From: Dipteris shenzhenensis
Lineage: Eukaryota
Length of the DNA stretch: 64,000 bases
Strand: one strand, 5' to 3'
Assembly (NCBI GenBank): GCA_047967505.1
Contig: CM106538.1
The notes beneath the pieces are model-generated. The model had not been told where the DNA came from. It did no database searches and saw nothing but the letters and a program-made list of their open reading frames with translations. The number at the start of each line of letters is the position of its first letter. Position 1 is the first letter of the stretch. Position numbers and translations under genes: made by a program. Below, piece by piece: positions 12,106-23,544 of the stretch.

Positions 12106-15100
12106 AATAGAAGGGGTTTTCAAATTAAACTACCAAATTTTTAGCATATTACAAAAGTATACTTATAGAAGGGTTCCTAAATGGGATTTAAAACAAAACC
12201 CATACATTTGTATAGAGAAAAGGGGTTGCTTTAAAGGCCTTAAATTTATAGATACTGGGGGTTTAAATAATACGCCTTGAATGCACATGCTATGTAGGTG
12301 AGCTTGGGGTAGTGTTTTTATCATAGAGTTAGTTATCTCTGGGGATTGATGCTTTCTAGGAGTGGGAGCCCAACAAACACCATGAATAAGTGTGTGTGTG
12401 TGTGTGTGTGTGTCTGTACGTACGTACATGCATACATATGTACATACACTACAACCATTGGCTTCATTTTCGACACTTTTCTCGACACAATGTACATTAA
12501 ATTTTTTTTCCAAAAACTCCTAAGTCGATATTAGCCTCAATATAAATGCTGATATTACAGTCGAAAAAAGTGCTACTATATCCATCAATAAATCAATTTT
12601 TGATGCTAATATGGATGGAAATATTGACTCTGGGAACCAGATTTCAATGCTTATATGGACAAAAATATTGACGTTGTCGGATGTTGTCAGGGAATTTGAA
12701 GCTATATTGACAAATATATTGATGCTTTAGATTTGGGGCAAAATTTTTTAAGGGCAGATTAGGGCTTATTAAGGCCCTAATCTGCCCTTCTATAAAAGGT
12801 ATGTATTACAGTGTACTAGCCAATTTATATGTTTACATTCATTTTGAGTATAAAAGTTTCTATATTCTCTTTCATAATTCAGTACAAAATCTCATGTTTC
12901 CGTGAGTACTCTCTAGCCCTTTCTATATCCGACTACTCTAGCCTAGTCACTACTATTGTCCTGATCGTTTCTCCTACCCTCCTCATCACTCCCACCCCGC
13001 TCGTCATCCTCCCCTCCTCCTCTTTCCTCTCCAACTTTGGCATCCCCTTGGTGAGCTTGTTGCAAGAACTCATCTCCATCATCCTATTCTAGAAGCACAC
13101 GTGTCAGAGGTTAGTATATCCTAGTTGTTCAATTTGAGCATTTGAACAAAATGGGTATAGTAAGTTCTTACATTCAACAAGGGAACAAATTCCCCACTCA
13201 CCTCAAGTAAGTCGAACAAGGCTTGCGTATAATTGTCATATGCATACAAGTACTCCTTCGTGCACTATCTGCCCATTTTCATTTCTTGACATTATAAGCA
13301 TGCATGTTAATTTCATGATTTACCCCAAGCATTCCCAAATTACATGCAAAAATAAGTGAAAGAATAGGTACTTACAAAAAAATGATAAAATCTACCCTTC
13401 CTGCCTCAGCCTAGGTGGGATTGTCCCACTTTACTCTTCCTTGCAGCAGTTGCCTTCTTTTGCTGATCGTACTTCTGTGGAGTCTTGAGTTCTTTCTTTA
13501 CAATCTTTGAATCATAGTCATGGACCCATGCAAGCTTTGACTCCCTTGCCTTTGATTTTTTGTGGATTTGGTCTTTCCACGATTTCAGTAAGGCATGCAT
13601 CTTGTTCAACATCGACCTGGAGTCAAACTCTAGGTTCTCACTAGGCACTAGGAACTGCTTCCTCAGTGACTTCAAAATATAATCTTTTTTTTTTTTTGGG
13701 CTACTTTCAAAAATCCATGACGACCCTCTTGAATTCAAAATGGCAAAGGCCATGCATGCGATTAACTAACCGCTTACATCTATCATCCATAATTATTTGA
13801 TACTCCTTACTAACTGAATAGGGGAGGTTGGTGGATGTTTGGGAGTCTACTTGAGAACCCTCTGTGGCACTCGTTGTACTAGAGACTGAGTGTCTGCATT
13901 GATGCCTCTTGCTCTCTTTCCCACGAGGTCCTCCTTGAGTGTTTCCTTGGGAGATCTCAAAAGAGGTCGGTGGCATTGCCTCTCCTCTTCAAACTCACGA
14001 AGGACTCTTCCTCTCGTTCGGATCAAGATGCGTGAGTAGTTTATGCGCCTTCTCCATACTACTACTAGTGGTAGTATCATTAGAGACTCTTTCTACCTCC
14101 TCCACTAGATCCTTCACTTGCCATCCTTCACGGAGGTAGAAGAGAGTTTATTTAGAAGAAGGATAAGGAAAACGAGAAAAGAGGAGAGATTTTATTTAAA
14201 TTTTAGAATGCATGAAGATTTCAATAGGCATGTTTTCTAGCAAGATGGGGGTTCAAGGGATCCATCCACTTCAACATTGTGTTCCCTAGAAAACCTCACC
14301 CCTAGAAAATATGTAATGAAAACAATGGAGAAGAGAGGAAGGGTGTAAAGCTTATACTTGTGCATAAATCTTGTGCATGAGTGTAAGCTTTATGCATATG
14401 CAAGAAGCTTTTGCTTATGCATGAAGAGCATGAGCTTAACGTATATAGAAATTGAAGGGAAAATAGAAGAGGGGGGAGGGGAGAAAGGGTCATATGCCCA
14501 CTCACTTGCTAAACATAAGGCATTGCAAGTGGCCAATTTGAAAGATCAAATTCATGCAAGAGAGAGGAGAGATAGACAGACTTACCTCAAAATGTAAAGT
14601 GATGGCTATGAGGTGGTTCTCTCTTGTAACAAAAGCAAGCCTAAACACACAATTCAACATAAGAGGTAAGGGAGGAAAGGGGAGAGAGAAGGAAGAGGGG
14701 GGCGGAGGGAAGGGAGGGAAGAGAATGGAGAAGGAAAGGGGAGACGTAGAGAAAGAGTGGAAAGGGAGGAAAGGGAGGAAAGGGGAGAGAGAAGAAAGGG
14801 AAGAGAGGAAGGGGAAAGAGGGAGGAAAGGGGAGAGAGGGAAATAAAAGGGAGTGAGGGGAGGAAAAGGGAGAGAGGAAGGGGAAAAAGGGAGGAAAGAG
14901 GAGAGATCAAAAGAGAGAGGAAGAGAGGAAGGGGAAAAGGGAGGAAAGAGGAGAGATCAAAAGGGAGTGAGGGAGAGAAAAGCTCGGGGGGGTCACTATG
15001 TATAAACCCTCTATACCACGTGCGTTCAAGGCATATTTCTAAAATCCCTTATCTGTAAATTTTTCATTAATAAAATGTACCCCTTTTCTATACAAATCTG

Positions 15101-15185
15101 TAAATTTTTTCCAAAACTATTTGAAATAGTCCCTTATGTATATTTATTTCTGTAAATTTTAGAAATAAAAAATATCCTTCTGTTG
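12106..15185. mobile_element. Degenerate non-autonomous DNA transposon (CACTA-superfamily-like) with ~180-bp imperfect inverted ends
   Basis: 12106-12293 is an imperfect reverse complement of ~15010-15185 (shared ATTTGTATAGA(GA)AAAGGGG, AAATTTAYAGATA, GCCTTGAAYGCAC). It encloses a TnpA-like relic. Exact termini and TSD not resolved. Confidence 0.55.
13200..14140 (-). pseudogene. TnpA/Ptta-like (CACTA ORF2) relic
   Basis: ORF 13406-13753 ends in AARKSKVGQSHLG*GR, followed by a GTAAGT donor at the same codon distance from the His as in the TnpA-like gene at 60948-60990. Confidence 0.6.
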
Positions 15186-15364
15186 AACTCACGTGATAGG
15201 GTTACATATGATGAGTGACCCCCCCGAGGAGAAAAGAGCTTGGAAGGGGAGAGGGGGGGAATTTTGTTTTCTATTCCAAACCCATCTCTTCCCTATGCCT
15301 CTACCCCTCCCTGTCTTCCCTATTGCATGTAGAAAATAGGGGGAAAAACCACAGAACAAGCCCT

Positions 15365-17468
15365 TAAGAAGGATAGAGCCCACAAACTCATTAAGGACGC
15401 AATGCCATATCAGCTGATAGCAGGCCAACTATACCGCAAGGGCAAGGATGGCATCCTGCAAAGACGTGTGCAAGCATGAATACATTGATGTGCTTGAGGA
15501 AGCCCACTCAGGAATCACAGGTTGTCATTCTGCTACTGATGTTACAGCATGTAAGGTGCTCCAAGCAGGCCTTTGGTGGCTGAATCTCTTCAGAGACGTG
15601 ACCAAATTCATCAAATGGTGCAACCTTTGCTAACATATCCAAATCCCACACAAGGTGGACATGATGCTCGTGACCGGAATCTTGACTGATCAACCCTTCA
15701 AGAAATGGGGCATTGATTTTATGGGACCCATAAGCCCAACAGCTAAGGGAACTAGCACCAGATACATCATCTTGGCCACTGATTACTTCACCAAGTGGGT
15801 AGAAGGGAGAGCCACCCTGAAGGCCGATGTGCGATCCACGGCCAAATTCTTATATGAACATGTCATCACGCAGTTTGGATGTCCCTTGGAGTTAGTCAAC
15901 GACCGAGGAACTCATTTCCTCAATGAAACGATAACAATCTTGACTAGTGAGTTTATGATCATACATAGGAAGTCAATGCCATACTACCCTAGGGCAAATG
16001 GCTTGGTTGAGAGCTCCAATAAAACTTGTTGTAATATCATCACTTGTACGGTAGAGGCCAGTCATACCGACTGGGAGCATAAGCTCATAGCAATGTTATG
16101 GGCCTACAAAACATCGTACAAAGTGGCCACACACTGTAGCCCCTTTAGCCTAGACTTTAGGTGGACGCGATGATGCCAATGGAGTATGTAGTGCCTAGCC
16201 TCTACCTTACTATTAAGGAAAGACATAGAGAATGCATGAGTAGAACGGCTAGTTGACCTCGAAAGGTTAGAAGAGACAAGGTTACAATGCAGCCTACTCT
16301 CTATGGGTAGAAAAGGCCTGGTGCAAAAAGTGGTTTGGCTACAACCTCAAGAACAAGGACCTGGCACAGGGAGAGTTGGCACTCCTCTACAGTGTCCGTA
16401 ATACCAAGCACAAGCTAAAGTACCGAGGTATAGGTCCCTATCATGTGGTCGAGATCATGCCACAAGGGTCGTGCCGAATAGCCACCCTTGATGGGAGAGA
16501 AATGGATGGCTACCTTAATGGGAGAAAATTAAAAAGATATTATGGGCCGCTCACACTCTCTACCCTCAAGCCATGCATAGAGAAAAAGAACTCAAGGTCG
16601 AGGTGGCCAGGATGAAACACCAGGCCATCAAGGAAGCCAAAGCCCATAACGCTAAGCTCCCACAACGTAAGAAAATGACACTACTTAAGGCAATGACTGA
16701 ACAGGTGGAACTAACGGATAAGCTAATAGTAGAACCAACTAGGTTGCTTGTTCAACTGTAGGTTCCATGCATGTGCATCAAAGCACTTGTAGATCTAGGA
16801 GCGAGCCACAACTTCATATCCCATGAGGTATGGGAAAAGCTATAGCTACCCCTAACCCTCACTATCGCTTCAGTAAGAGCTATCAATAGCCAACTCATAC
16901 AAACCTTGGGTTTTCTAAATTTAAGTCTAATGATTGTTTGCCAGGCAATAGAATTACGCTTTTATGTTCTCCCCACGGAAGCAACTCATGAACAGACCAT
17001 ATTGGGAAGAACCTAATGCTATGCCGTGAACTATCGAATTGACTGGCACACCCAAACTACTTCGTTCACAAGTGGTCGTAGAACGGTAGTAGTCCCGATG
17101 AGTGGACTAAGTCCTACTCCTTCAGGCCCACCCTCGCCGGTCCATGGAAACGAAGTTACACAAGAGGGTCGACCGGAAGCCCCATCTACTCCCAACCCCC
17201 GAGTCCAACCCCGAAGGGAGAAGAAAGCCATCCAGAGTGGCAAACCGGTGCCATTGCCCATTTTGCTGCCATTACCGTCCTCCACTCAGGATACTTGTGA
17301 AGAACAAGTACAAGCGGCTATCCTTAGTGCTCAACTGGACCCAACACCTAGAGGAGGTCCAAGTAGCACAGAAGGTCACAATCACTCCAGAAACATCTCT
17401 TCCAAAAGCATCCGTTCCAACAAGAAGAACTCACTGTCATCCTGCGCTTCGCACTCCAAGCTCCAATC
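15365..17468 (+). pseudogene. Ty3/gypsy (non-chromovirus-like) integrase relic followed by a retropepsin-like domain
   Basis: HHCC zinc finger (EAHSG...CHS...WCNLC), WGIDFMGP, NDRGTHF, RANGLVE and GPY motifs, then ALVDLGASHNF (D at 16792) and ILGRT*. Cut at 17469 by the copia LTR. Confidence 0.88.
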
Positions 17469-17813
17469 TGACGTAGAAGAGGGAGAGAGTAGGAGTTTGG
17501 GAGTGAGGAGAGGAGACACACCCACAGTAGACACCAATAGGTGGGGATAAACAATGGGTGGTACCTCCCCAAGTACACACAGTAGTATATATATCTTTGG
17601 ATAAGGCTAGGACCACTAGGCACTAAGTACAATGCATACTTAGTGAGAGTACTCTCAACGGAAGCAAGAACGGAAGAAGGAGAGAGAGAGACAGAGAGCC
17701 ACACAAGTTTGGTGGGTGCAGAACCACCCTAATCTTCTTTTTCATTCATTTATATATGTGTTTGAGTATTGTACATAACTGGGGTTAAGGCACAGTAACC
17801 TTTAACCCCCACA
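17469..17813 (-). repeat. 3' LTR (345 bp) of the copia element
   Basis: Minus strand reads TGTGGGGG...TACGTCA directly after PPT AAGGGGAGGT. Its last ~177 bp are nearly identical to the 237-bp LTRs at 1561-2112. Confidence 0.92.
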
Positions 17814-17865
17814 ACCTCCCCTTAAAGGACAATGTGCCTTTAAGGGAGAACAACCAGTGAGCATA

Positions 17866-20800
17866 CTATCCAATGCCCATCAATACACGACAATACTCAA
17901 ACCGCTGACTAGGTAGACTCTTCGTCAGCATATCTGTAGGGTTATCATCTGTATAAACCTTGACAAGCTCTATGCGCTTGTCCTCAAGTACCTCCCTGAT
18001 GAAATGGTACCTGACTTCAATGTGTTTGGTCTTTGCATGAAAGACCGGATTCCGTGCTAGCTGAATAGCACTCATGGAATCACTATGCAATGTCGGTACA
18101 CCTGTATGAATCCCCAAGTCTCCCACTAGCCGATCAAGCCATATAGCCTCCTTGCAACCCTCTGTGGCTGCAACATACTCAGCCTCTGTGGTAGACAAAG
18201 CAACGCACTTCTGTGTGCGAGACATCCACGACACTACACCACCTGCAAAGATGAACACATAACTAGAAGTGGATCTCCTACTATCCACATGCCCTGCATA
18301 GTCTGAATCTGTGTACCCAAGTACACGCCTGTCTCCTTTACCAAAGCAAATGCACATCTCCTTGGTACCCTTCATGTACCTCATGATGCACTTAACTGCC
18401 TCCCAATGCCTCTTTCCTGGATTAGCCATATACCGGCTAACAACTCCCACTGCAAATGCAATGTCTGGTCTAGTAGCTATCATAGCATACATAAGACTCC
18501 CAACTGCTGATGCATAAGGAACCTTGGCCATCATGGCCCTCTCCTCATCTGATTTGGGACTATCTGTATGACTCAGTTTCACATATGGAGGCAATGGAGT
18601 ACTCACTGCCTTCCCCCCCTCCATATTGAAACGCTGTAATACTTTTGTAACATACTCTTTTTGTGAAAGCCAAAGGAGTTTCCTACTCCGATCACGCGTG
18701 ATGCGCATACCAAGAATATGACCTGCAAGTCCCAAGTCCTTCATATCAAAGGCCTCATGCAACTTGGCCTTTAATGCATCTAGCTCATAAGTATTCTTGC
18801 TAGCCAATAGCATATCATCCACATATAGTGCCAGGATTATCAGGCTATTATCCTTAGCCCTTTTAGTGTAGAGGCAGTGATCAATTTCACTCCTTCTAAA
18901 ACCTTGGGATTGAATGAAAGCATCAAACTTCTGATACCATTCTCTAGGTGCTTGCTTAAGACCATAGAGACTCTTCTTCAGTTTGCAAACTAAATGCTCT
19001 TTGCCCTTTTCTTCAAAGCCTTCCGGCTGCACCATGTAAATTTCCTCATGCAAATCCCCATGTAAGAAAGCTGTCTTGACATCCATCTGCATAAGCTCCA
19101 TATCCTCTGATGCCACTAGTCCAAGCATGCATCTAAGTGCGGTCATCTTCACAACCGGAGAGAATATCTCATCAAAGTCCACACCCTTCTCTTGCTTGAA
19201 CCCTTTAGCAACCAAACGGGCCTTGTATCTAGGCACATCATCACCTGTGACCTTCATTTTGTAGACCCATTTACATGGCAATGCTTTCTTTCCATGTGGC
19301 AAAGAAACTAAGTCCCAAGTCTTATTCTTCATAAGTGAACTCATCTCTGATTGCATAGCATACTCCCACTTGCGTTGATCCTCACGCATCATAGCCTCTC
19401 TGTAGCAAGAAGGCTCCTTGCAATCAGTAAGCATCACATAGTCTACCCCTAGAACAAACCTATCAGGCGGTCTAGACACTCTAGATGATCTTCTCAAGGG
19501 CATTTCAGCTTGCTGTCCCACTTGCATATCAGCCACATTTGGCTCATCATTTCCACCAATAGATGATCCATCATCTACCCTTGATTGTATACCTGTGGGA
19601 GTACTTGGTTGTACCATTTCTTGCACATTTGGTGCATGGACAGCTTGCTGCCTATCAACATATGTAGGTGGATTCACATCCTGGAAAGTGATTCTCCTCA
19701 TTTCCACATCCCTCATGGGTGCCTTATGCATCTTCTTCTCATTGAAGACCACATCATGGCTGCGTATGATCTTCTTTGCTTCTGGATCCCAGAGACGATA
19801 GCCCATCTCTCCACTTTCACCATAACCCAGAAAAATGCATTTCCTAGACTTAGGATCTAGCTTCTTTCGAAGCTCTTTTGGCACATGTGCATATGCCTCA
19901 CACCCAAATATACGCAAATGAGAGTAAGAGGGCTTCTTGCCACTCCATGCCTCTTCAGGAATACCACCATCCAAACTCTTACTAGGTGATCTATTGATCA
20001 CATGCACTGCAGTCTTCATTGCCTCAGCCCAAAAACCACCAGAAAGACTTGCATTGGAAAGCATGCATTGCAACCTTTCTTGAATGGTACGGTTCATCTT
20101 TTCTGCAACTGGATTTTGCTCTGGAGTACGAGGGGATGTAAGCTCCCTCTTAATCCCACGAGTATCACAGAAATGCTGAAAGTCATGAGAGAGATACTCT
20201 CCACCATTGTCAGTCCGTAGGCATTTAAGCGTTCTACCTGACTGATTCTCAACCAAGGCTAGCCATTTCTGAAATACCTGGAATACATCACTCTTCCGAG
20301 CTATAGCATAAGCCCACACTTTCCTAGTTGCATCATCAATGAATGTCACATAGTATTCAGCCCCGCCTAATGACCGTGTAGGCATGGGACCACATACGTC
20401 TGAATGCACCAAATCAAGCATTTCAAACTCTTTCTTTCCCCTTCTTTTATGGGCTGATTTAGTCTGCTTCCCATAGAGACAATGCTCACAAAATTCAAAA
20501 TCAGAGAAACTCAAATGCGGTACATAACCCAAACGGCATAAGAGTTTCATTCCATTCTGGCTCATGTGCCCCAACCTGCAATGCCACAAAGAAGTGCTTG
20601 GCTGCTCGGTTATTGCAACAACATGATCAAATACCCCTGATACATGTAAGGGATACAAAGTCCCACACTTGGCACCCCTGGCCAAAAGCATAGAGCCCTT
20701 TTGAATTTTCCAACTCTGAAAGCCAAAAGTGGTGTGAAAACCAGCATCATCTAGCTGACCCACTGAAATAAGACTCTTGGTCAGCTTAGGCACATGTCTC

Positions 20801-21093
20801 ACATGTTTCAAAACAAATGCAGACCCATTTGCAAAAGAAAACTTTATGTCACCTGCTCCCACTATGTCACATGCATAGTCATTTCCAAGATGCACACAAC
20901 CTGTCTTTCCACTGTCATAAGTGGAGAACCATTCCCTATGGGGAGTAACATGGAATGAAGCACCAGAATCCAAAATCCAATTCTGGGAATATGCATCATC
21001 TGAAGTGGTAAGCAACTCTGCAGATAAACTAGACATGAAGAGAACATCATTGTCACTATCACGTGCGACTGCATTGATCTCCTCGATCTTCAC
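17866..21093 (-). CDS. Copia Pol polyprotein (PR-INT-RT-RNase H), uninterrupted 1075-codon frame
   Basis: [80 protein letters not shown]. Confidence 0.95.
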   Translation of the reverse strand: MKIEEINAVARDSDNDVLFMSSLSAELLTTSDDAYSQNWILDSGASFHVTPHREWFSTYDSGKTGCVHLGNDYACDIVGAGDIKFSFANGSAFVLKHVRHVPKLTKSLISVGQLDDAGFHTTFGFQSWKIQKGSMLLARGAKCGTLYPLHVSGVFDHVVAITEQPSTSLWHCRLGHMSQNGMKLLCRLGYVPHLSFSDFEFCEHCLYGKQTKSAHKRRGKKEFEMLDLVHSDVCGPMPTRSLGGAEYYVTFIDDATRKVWAYAIARKSDVFQVFQKWLALVENQSGRTLKCLRTDNGGEYLSHDFQHFCDTRGIKRELTSPRTPEQNPVAEKMNRTIQERLQCMLSNASLSGGFWAEAMKTAVHVINRSPSKSLDGGIPEEAWSGKKPSYSHLRIFGCEAYAHVPKELRKKLDPKSRKCIFLGYGESGEMGYRLWDPEAKKIIRSHDVVFNEKKMHKAPMRDVEMRRITFQDVNPPTYVDRQQAVHAPNVQEMVQPSTPTGIQSRVDDGSSIGGNDEPNVADMQVGQQAEMPLRRSSRVSRPPDRFVLGVDYVMLTDCKEPSCYREAMMREDQRKWEYAMQSEMSSLMKNKTWDLVSLPHGKKALPCKWVYKMKVTGDDVPRYKARLVAKGFKQEKGVDFDEIFSPVVKMTALRCMLGLVASEDMELMQMDVKTAFLHGDLHEEIYMVQPEGFEEKGKEHLVCKLKKSLYGLKQAPREWYQKFDAFIQSQGFRRSEIDHCLYTKRAKDNSLIILALYVDDMLLASKNTYELDALKAKLHEAFDMKDLGLAGHILGMRITRDRSRKLLWLSQKEYVTKVLQRFNMEGGKAVSTPLPPYVKLSHTDSPKSDEERAMMAKVPYASAVGSLMYAMIATRPDIAFAVGVVSRYMANPGKRHWEAVKCIMRYMKGTKEMCICFGKGDRRVLGYTDSDYAGHVDSRRSTSSYVFIFAGGVVSWMSRTQKCVALSTTEAEYVAATEGCKEAIWLDRLVGDLGIHTGVPTLHSDSMSAIQLARNPVFHAKTKHIEVRYHFIREVLEDKRIELVKVYTDDNPTDMLTKSLPSQRFEYCRVLMGIG

Positions 21094-21794
21094 TTTTCCT
21101 TTGTCCTCCCTTGGACTCTCTTCCTTTTGATTTGCACCCCAATGTGGGTGGCATCATCTATAAATGACAAAATGTACTTTGCTCCTCCTAAAGATACAGT
21201 AGGCATCTCACATACATCGGTATGGACAAGCTCCAAGAGCTGTAATTTCTGATTTGATGCCCTCTTATGAGGAATCTCTACTTGACGACCGTAGAGACAA
21301 AATTCACATTTCTTTAAATCTGAAAATTTTAGACTCGGCAAGTAACCAAAATGAGCCAGTTGCTCCATTCCCTTAACACTCATATGGCCAAGCCGGCTAT
21401 GCCACAATGAAATCTTTGGCAGCTCGGCAGCATTTACATCAGAATGCGGACAATGTCCTGCATGAAGTGAATACAAAGTATTAAGTTTAGGACCTCTGGC
21501 TATAGCCATTGCCCCTTTGCTGATTTTCCACTTCTGATTACCAAAGGTGGTATGATAACCATCGTCATCCAACAACCCTGTGGAAATCAAGTTCTTCTTC
21601 ACCTCAGGAACATGCCTGACCCCTTTGAGCATTAACTGCTGGCCATTTTCAAGAACAAGCCTGACATCACCTATGCCAGTGATGGAACATGCATGGTTAT
21701 CACCAAGAAAAACAACTCCCTTTTGCCCACCTGCATATCTGACAAACAGATCTCTGTAGGGTGTCACATGAAAGGAAGCACCTGAATCTATAAT
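21090..21794 (-). pseudogene. Additional copia protease + GAG-pre-integrase + truncated integrase core, in frame with gag across a TAG
   Basis: *IIDSGASFHVTP, LWHSRLGH..CEFC, LVHTDVCEMP..FIDDAT, then the sequence breaks into a different frame near 21145-21152. Confidence 0.9.
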
Positions 21795-22709
21795 CTAGGA
21801 AAGCATATCTGAACCATCTCCAGCATGAAGTGTATGAGCCTTCAGTGATGAAGTGAAGCATACCTCACGTCCACTGTCACTGTCACTAACATAAGTAGCA
21901 TGCAGCTCCTCTTTTTCTTTGCCCTTTGACTTGCCTTGAGCCTTGCCTTCTTTGGCTCTTTCGTCGTTCTTTTTCTGAAAACATTTTTTCTCTACATGTC
22001 CCTTCTTGCCACAATAATTGCAGACAAGATCTTTCTTCGAGCGGGACTTGCTCCTTTCTCTTTCTTTGTCTTTTCCACGTGTTTTGGACCTGCTGCATGC
22101 ATTCAAAGCATTTGACTTCCCAACAGCATTGTTCTTTCTGTTCATCTCTTCCTGTAGAAGAGCGCTCTCCACATCAGCAAATAACAGAATAGCATTCGAG
22201 TTGCTAGTAGAAGTCCTGAATGTATCCCATGACTCAGGTAGAGAACATAGGATGAGTGTAGCTTTCAGCTCATCATCGAGCTTCAACCCTTGGTTGATCA
22301 CCTGGCTGAATATGCTGTTGAACTCAATAATATGAGTGGACATAGGTGTCCCCTCCTTCATCTGAAGCCCAACAAGCTTCTTCAACCAGTAAGCTTTGCC
22401 CGTGGCACTTTTCTTGGCATATGTATCCTCAAGACGTTGCCACATTCTCCACGCAGTAGGTTCATCTCTGATGCCTACAACCAGTGAATCAACAACTGTA
22501 AGCATTATGGTTGACATGGCCAAGTTGTCCATCTTCTCCCACTGCTCATCAGTAATGTTGGAGGGCTTAACACCCTTCTCCTTTATAGGTTTGTACTGGT
22601 TCTTCTGCATCAACACATTGTAGCACTGTGTCCTCCATATGTCGTAGTTTTTAGCTCCTTCGAGCTTCTTTATCTGAAACAAGGACGACACGTCGCTGCT
22701 GGAACTCAT
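21795..22709 (-). CDS. Copia Gag (capsid-type domain + CCHC zinc knuckle)
   Basis: IKKLEGAKNYDIW, AWRMWQRLEDTY, LCSLPESW, CNYCGKKGHVEKKC. Confidence 0.92.
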   Translation of the reverse strand: MSSSSDVSSLFQIKKLEGAKNYDIWRTQCYNVLMQKNQYKPIKEKGVKPSNITDEQWEKMDNLAMSTIMLTVVDSLVVGIRDEPTAWRMWQRLEDTYAKKSATGKAYWLKKLVGLQMKEGTPMSTHIIEFNSIFSQVINQGLKLDDELKATLILCSLPESWDTFRTSTSNSNAILLFADVESALLQEEMNRKNNAVGKSNALNACSRSKTRGKDKERERSKSRSKKDLVCNYCGKKGHVEKKCFQKKNDERAKEGKAQGKSKGKEKEELHATYVSDSDSGREVCFTSSLKAHTLHAGDGSDMLS

Positions 22710-23544
22710 GGTAAAGAAAGAAGAGTTTGTTCCTCAATGGAACTGCCTGGCTCCCTGAATGTATGTGCAGTGAAGCACAAATAAAAGATCTCTCCCGCAA
22801 GCGGAAGCTTCAATGAAAAGAACTCTGTTTTTGTGGCATAAACCACTCTTCCCCCGTGCTGCAGAAACAGTACAGCAGCCTGTTTTTGTCATCCAGAGCG
22901 TACAAAAAATAGTACAGTTGTAATAAAACAGTCTTCGAACAGTCCAACAACTTTATGGATTATTTTGGAGGCAAATGACACTGTTATAACAGTGATTACA
23001 GAACTGATTTGACTGTCATAACAGTCCCAAAACTGTCATTTAATATTCAGACCTGCATTATGGCACGGTTGCCCAAAAAAAACTGATGTAAAGTGACCCG
23101 TATTGACTTGGAACAGTCCTTCTATTGCAATTATACAGTATGGGACTGGAAGCCAACAAAAGCCCCTTGTTTGAACAGGGATTTTGAGGGATTTTGTCAC
23201 AATTTTAGAAATGCACGGGTTCCAATGTAGAATGAGAAGAGCATTAGCTTCCCCCCAAACAGTAATACACTGGAGCAGGTGCAAAGCCCCAAATTTTAGA
23301 GTGCTGCTGTGCTCTAGAATGGCATTTTTTACTACATAGTGGAATGCACCTTTTGCTTGGGTTGATATACATATGTTTGGATGAAACACCTTCATCATGT
23401 TGCTCTTCCAATGCTTCATATGTGAAAGCAAAAGAGAAGAAGAAAGATGCATCTAGATATGTCAATAGGAAAGTGACAAAGCTTGTGAAGAAAAAACCAT
23501 ATTATTATTCTTCTACAAAAAGTTTAGGCTTCTTTGGTTTCATT

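Larger units (their letters stand above)
17469..23330 (-). mobile_element. Ty1/copia retrotransposon, chimeric, 5' LTR missing
   Basis: 3' LTR 17469-17813, PPT 17814-17823, pol 17866-21093, extra PR/INT-N module 21090-21794, gag 21795-22709. No PBS or 5' LTR found upstream, so the 5' boundary is approximate. Confidence 0.92.

Noticed and set aside
21090-21150. Programmed -1 frameshift linking the extra module to pol
   Set aside because: The frames are -1 related, but there is no canonical X XXY YYZ slippery heptamer in the overlap and an upstream TAG already ends gag.
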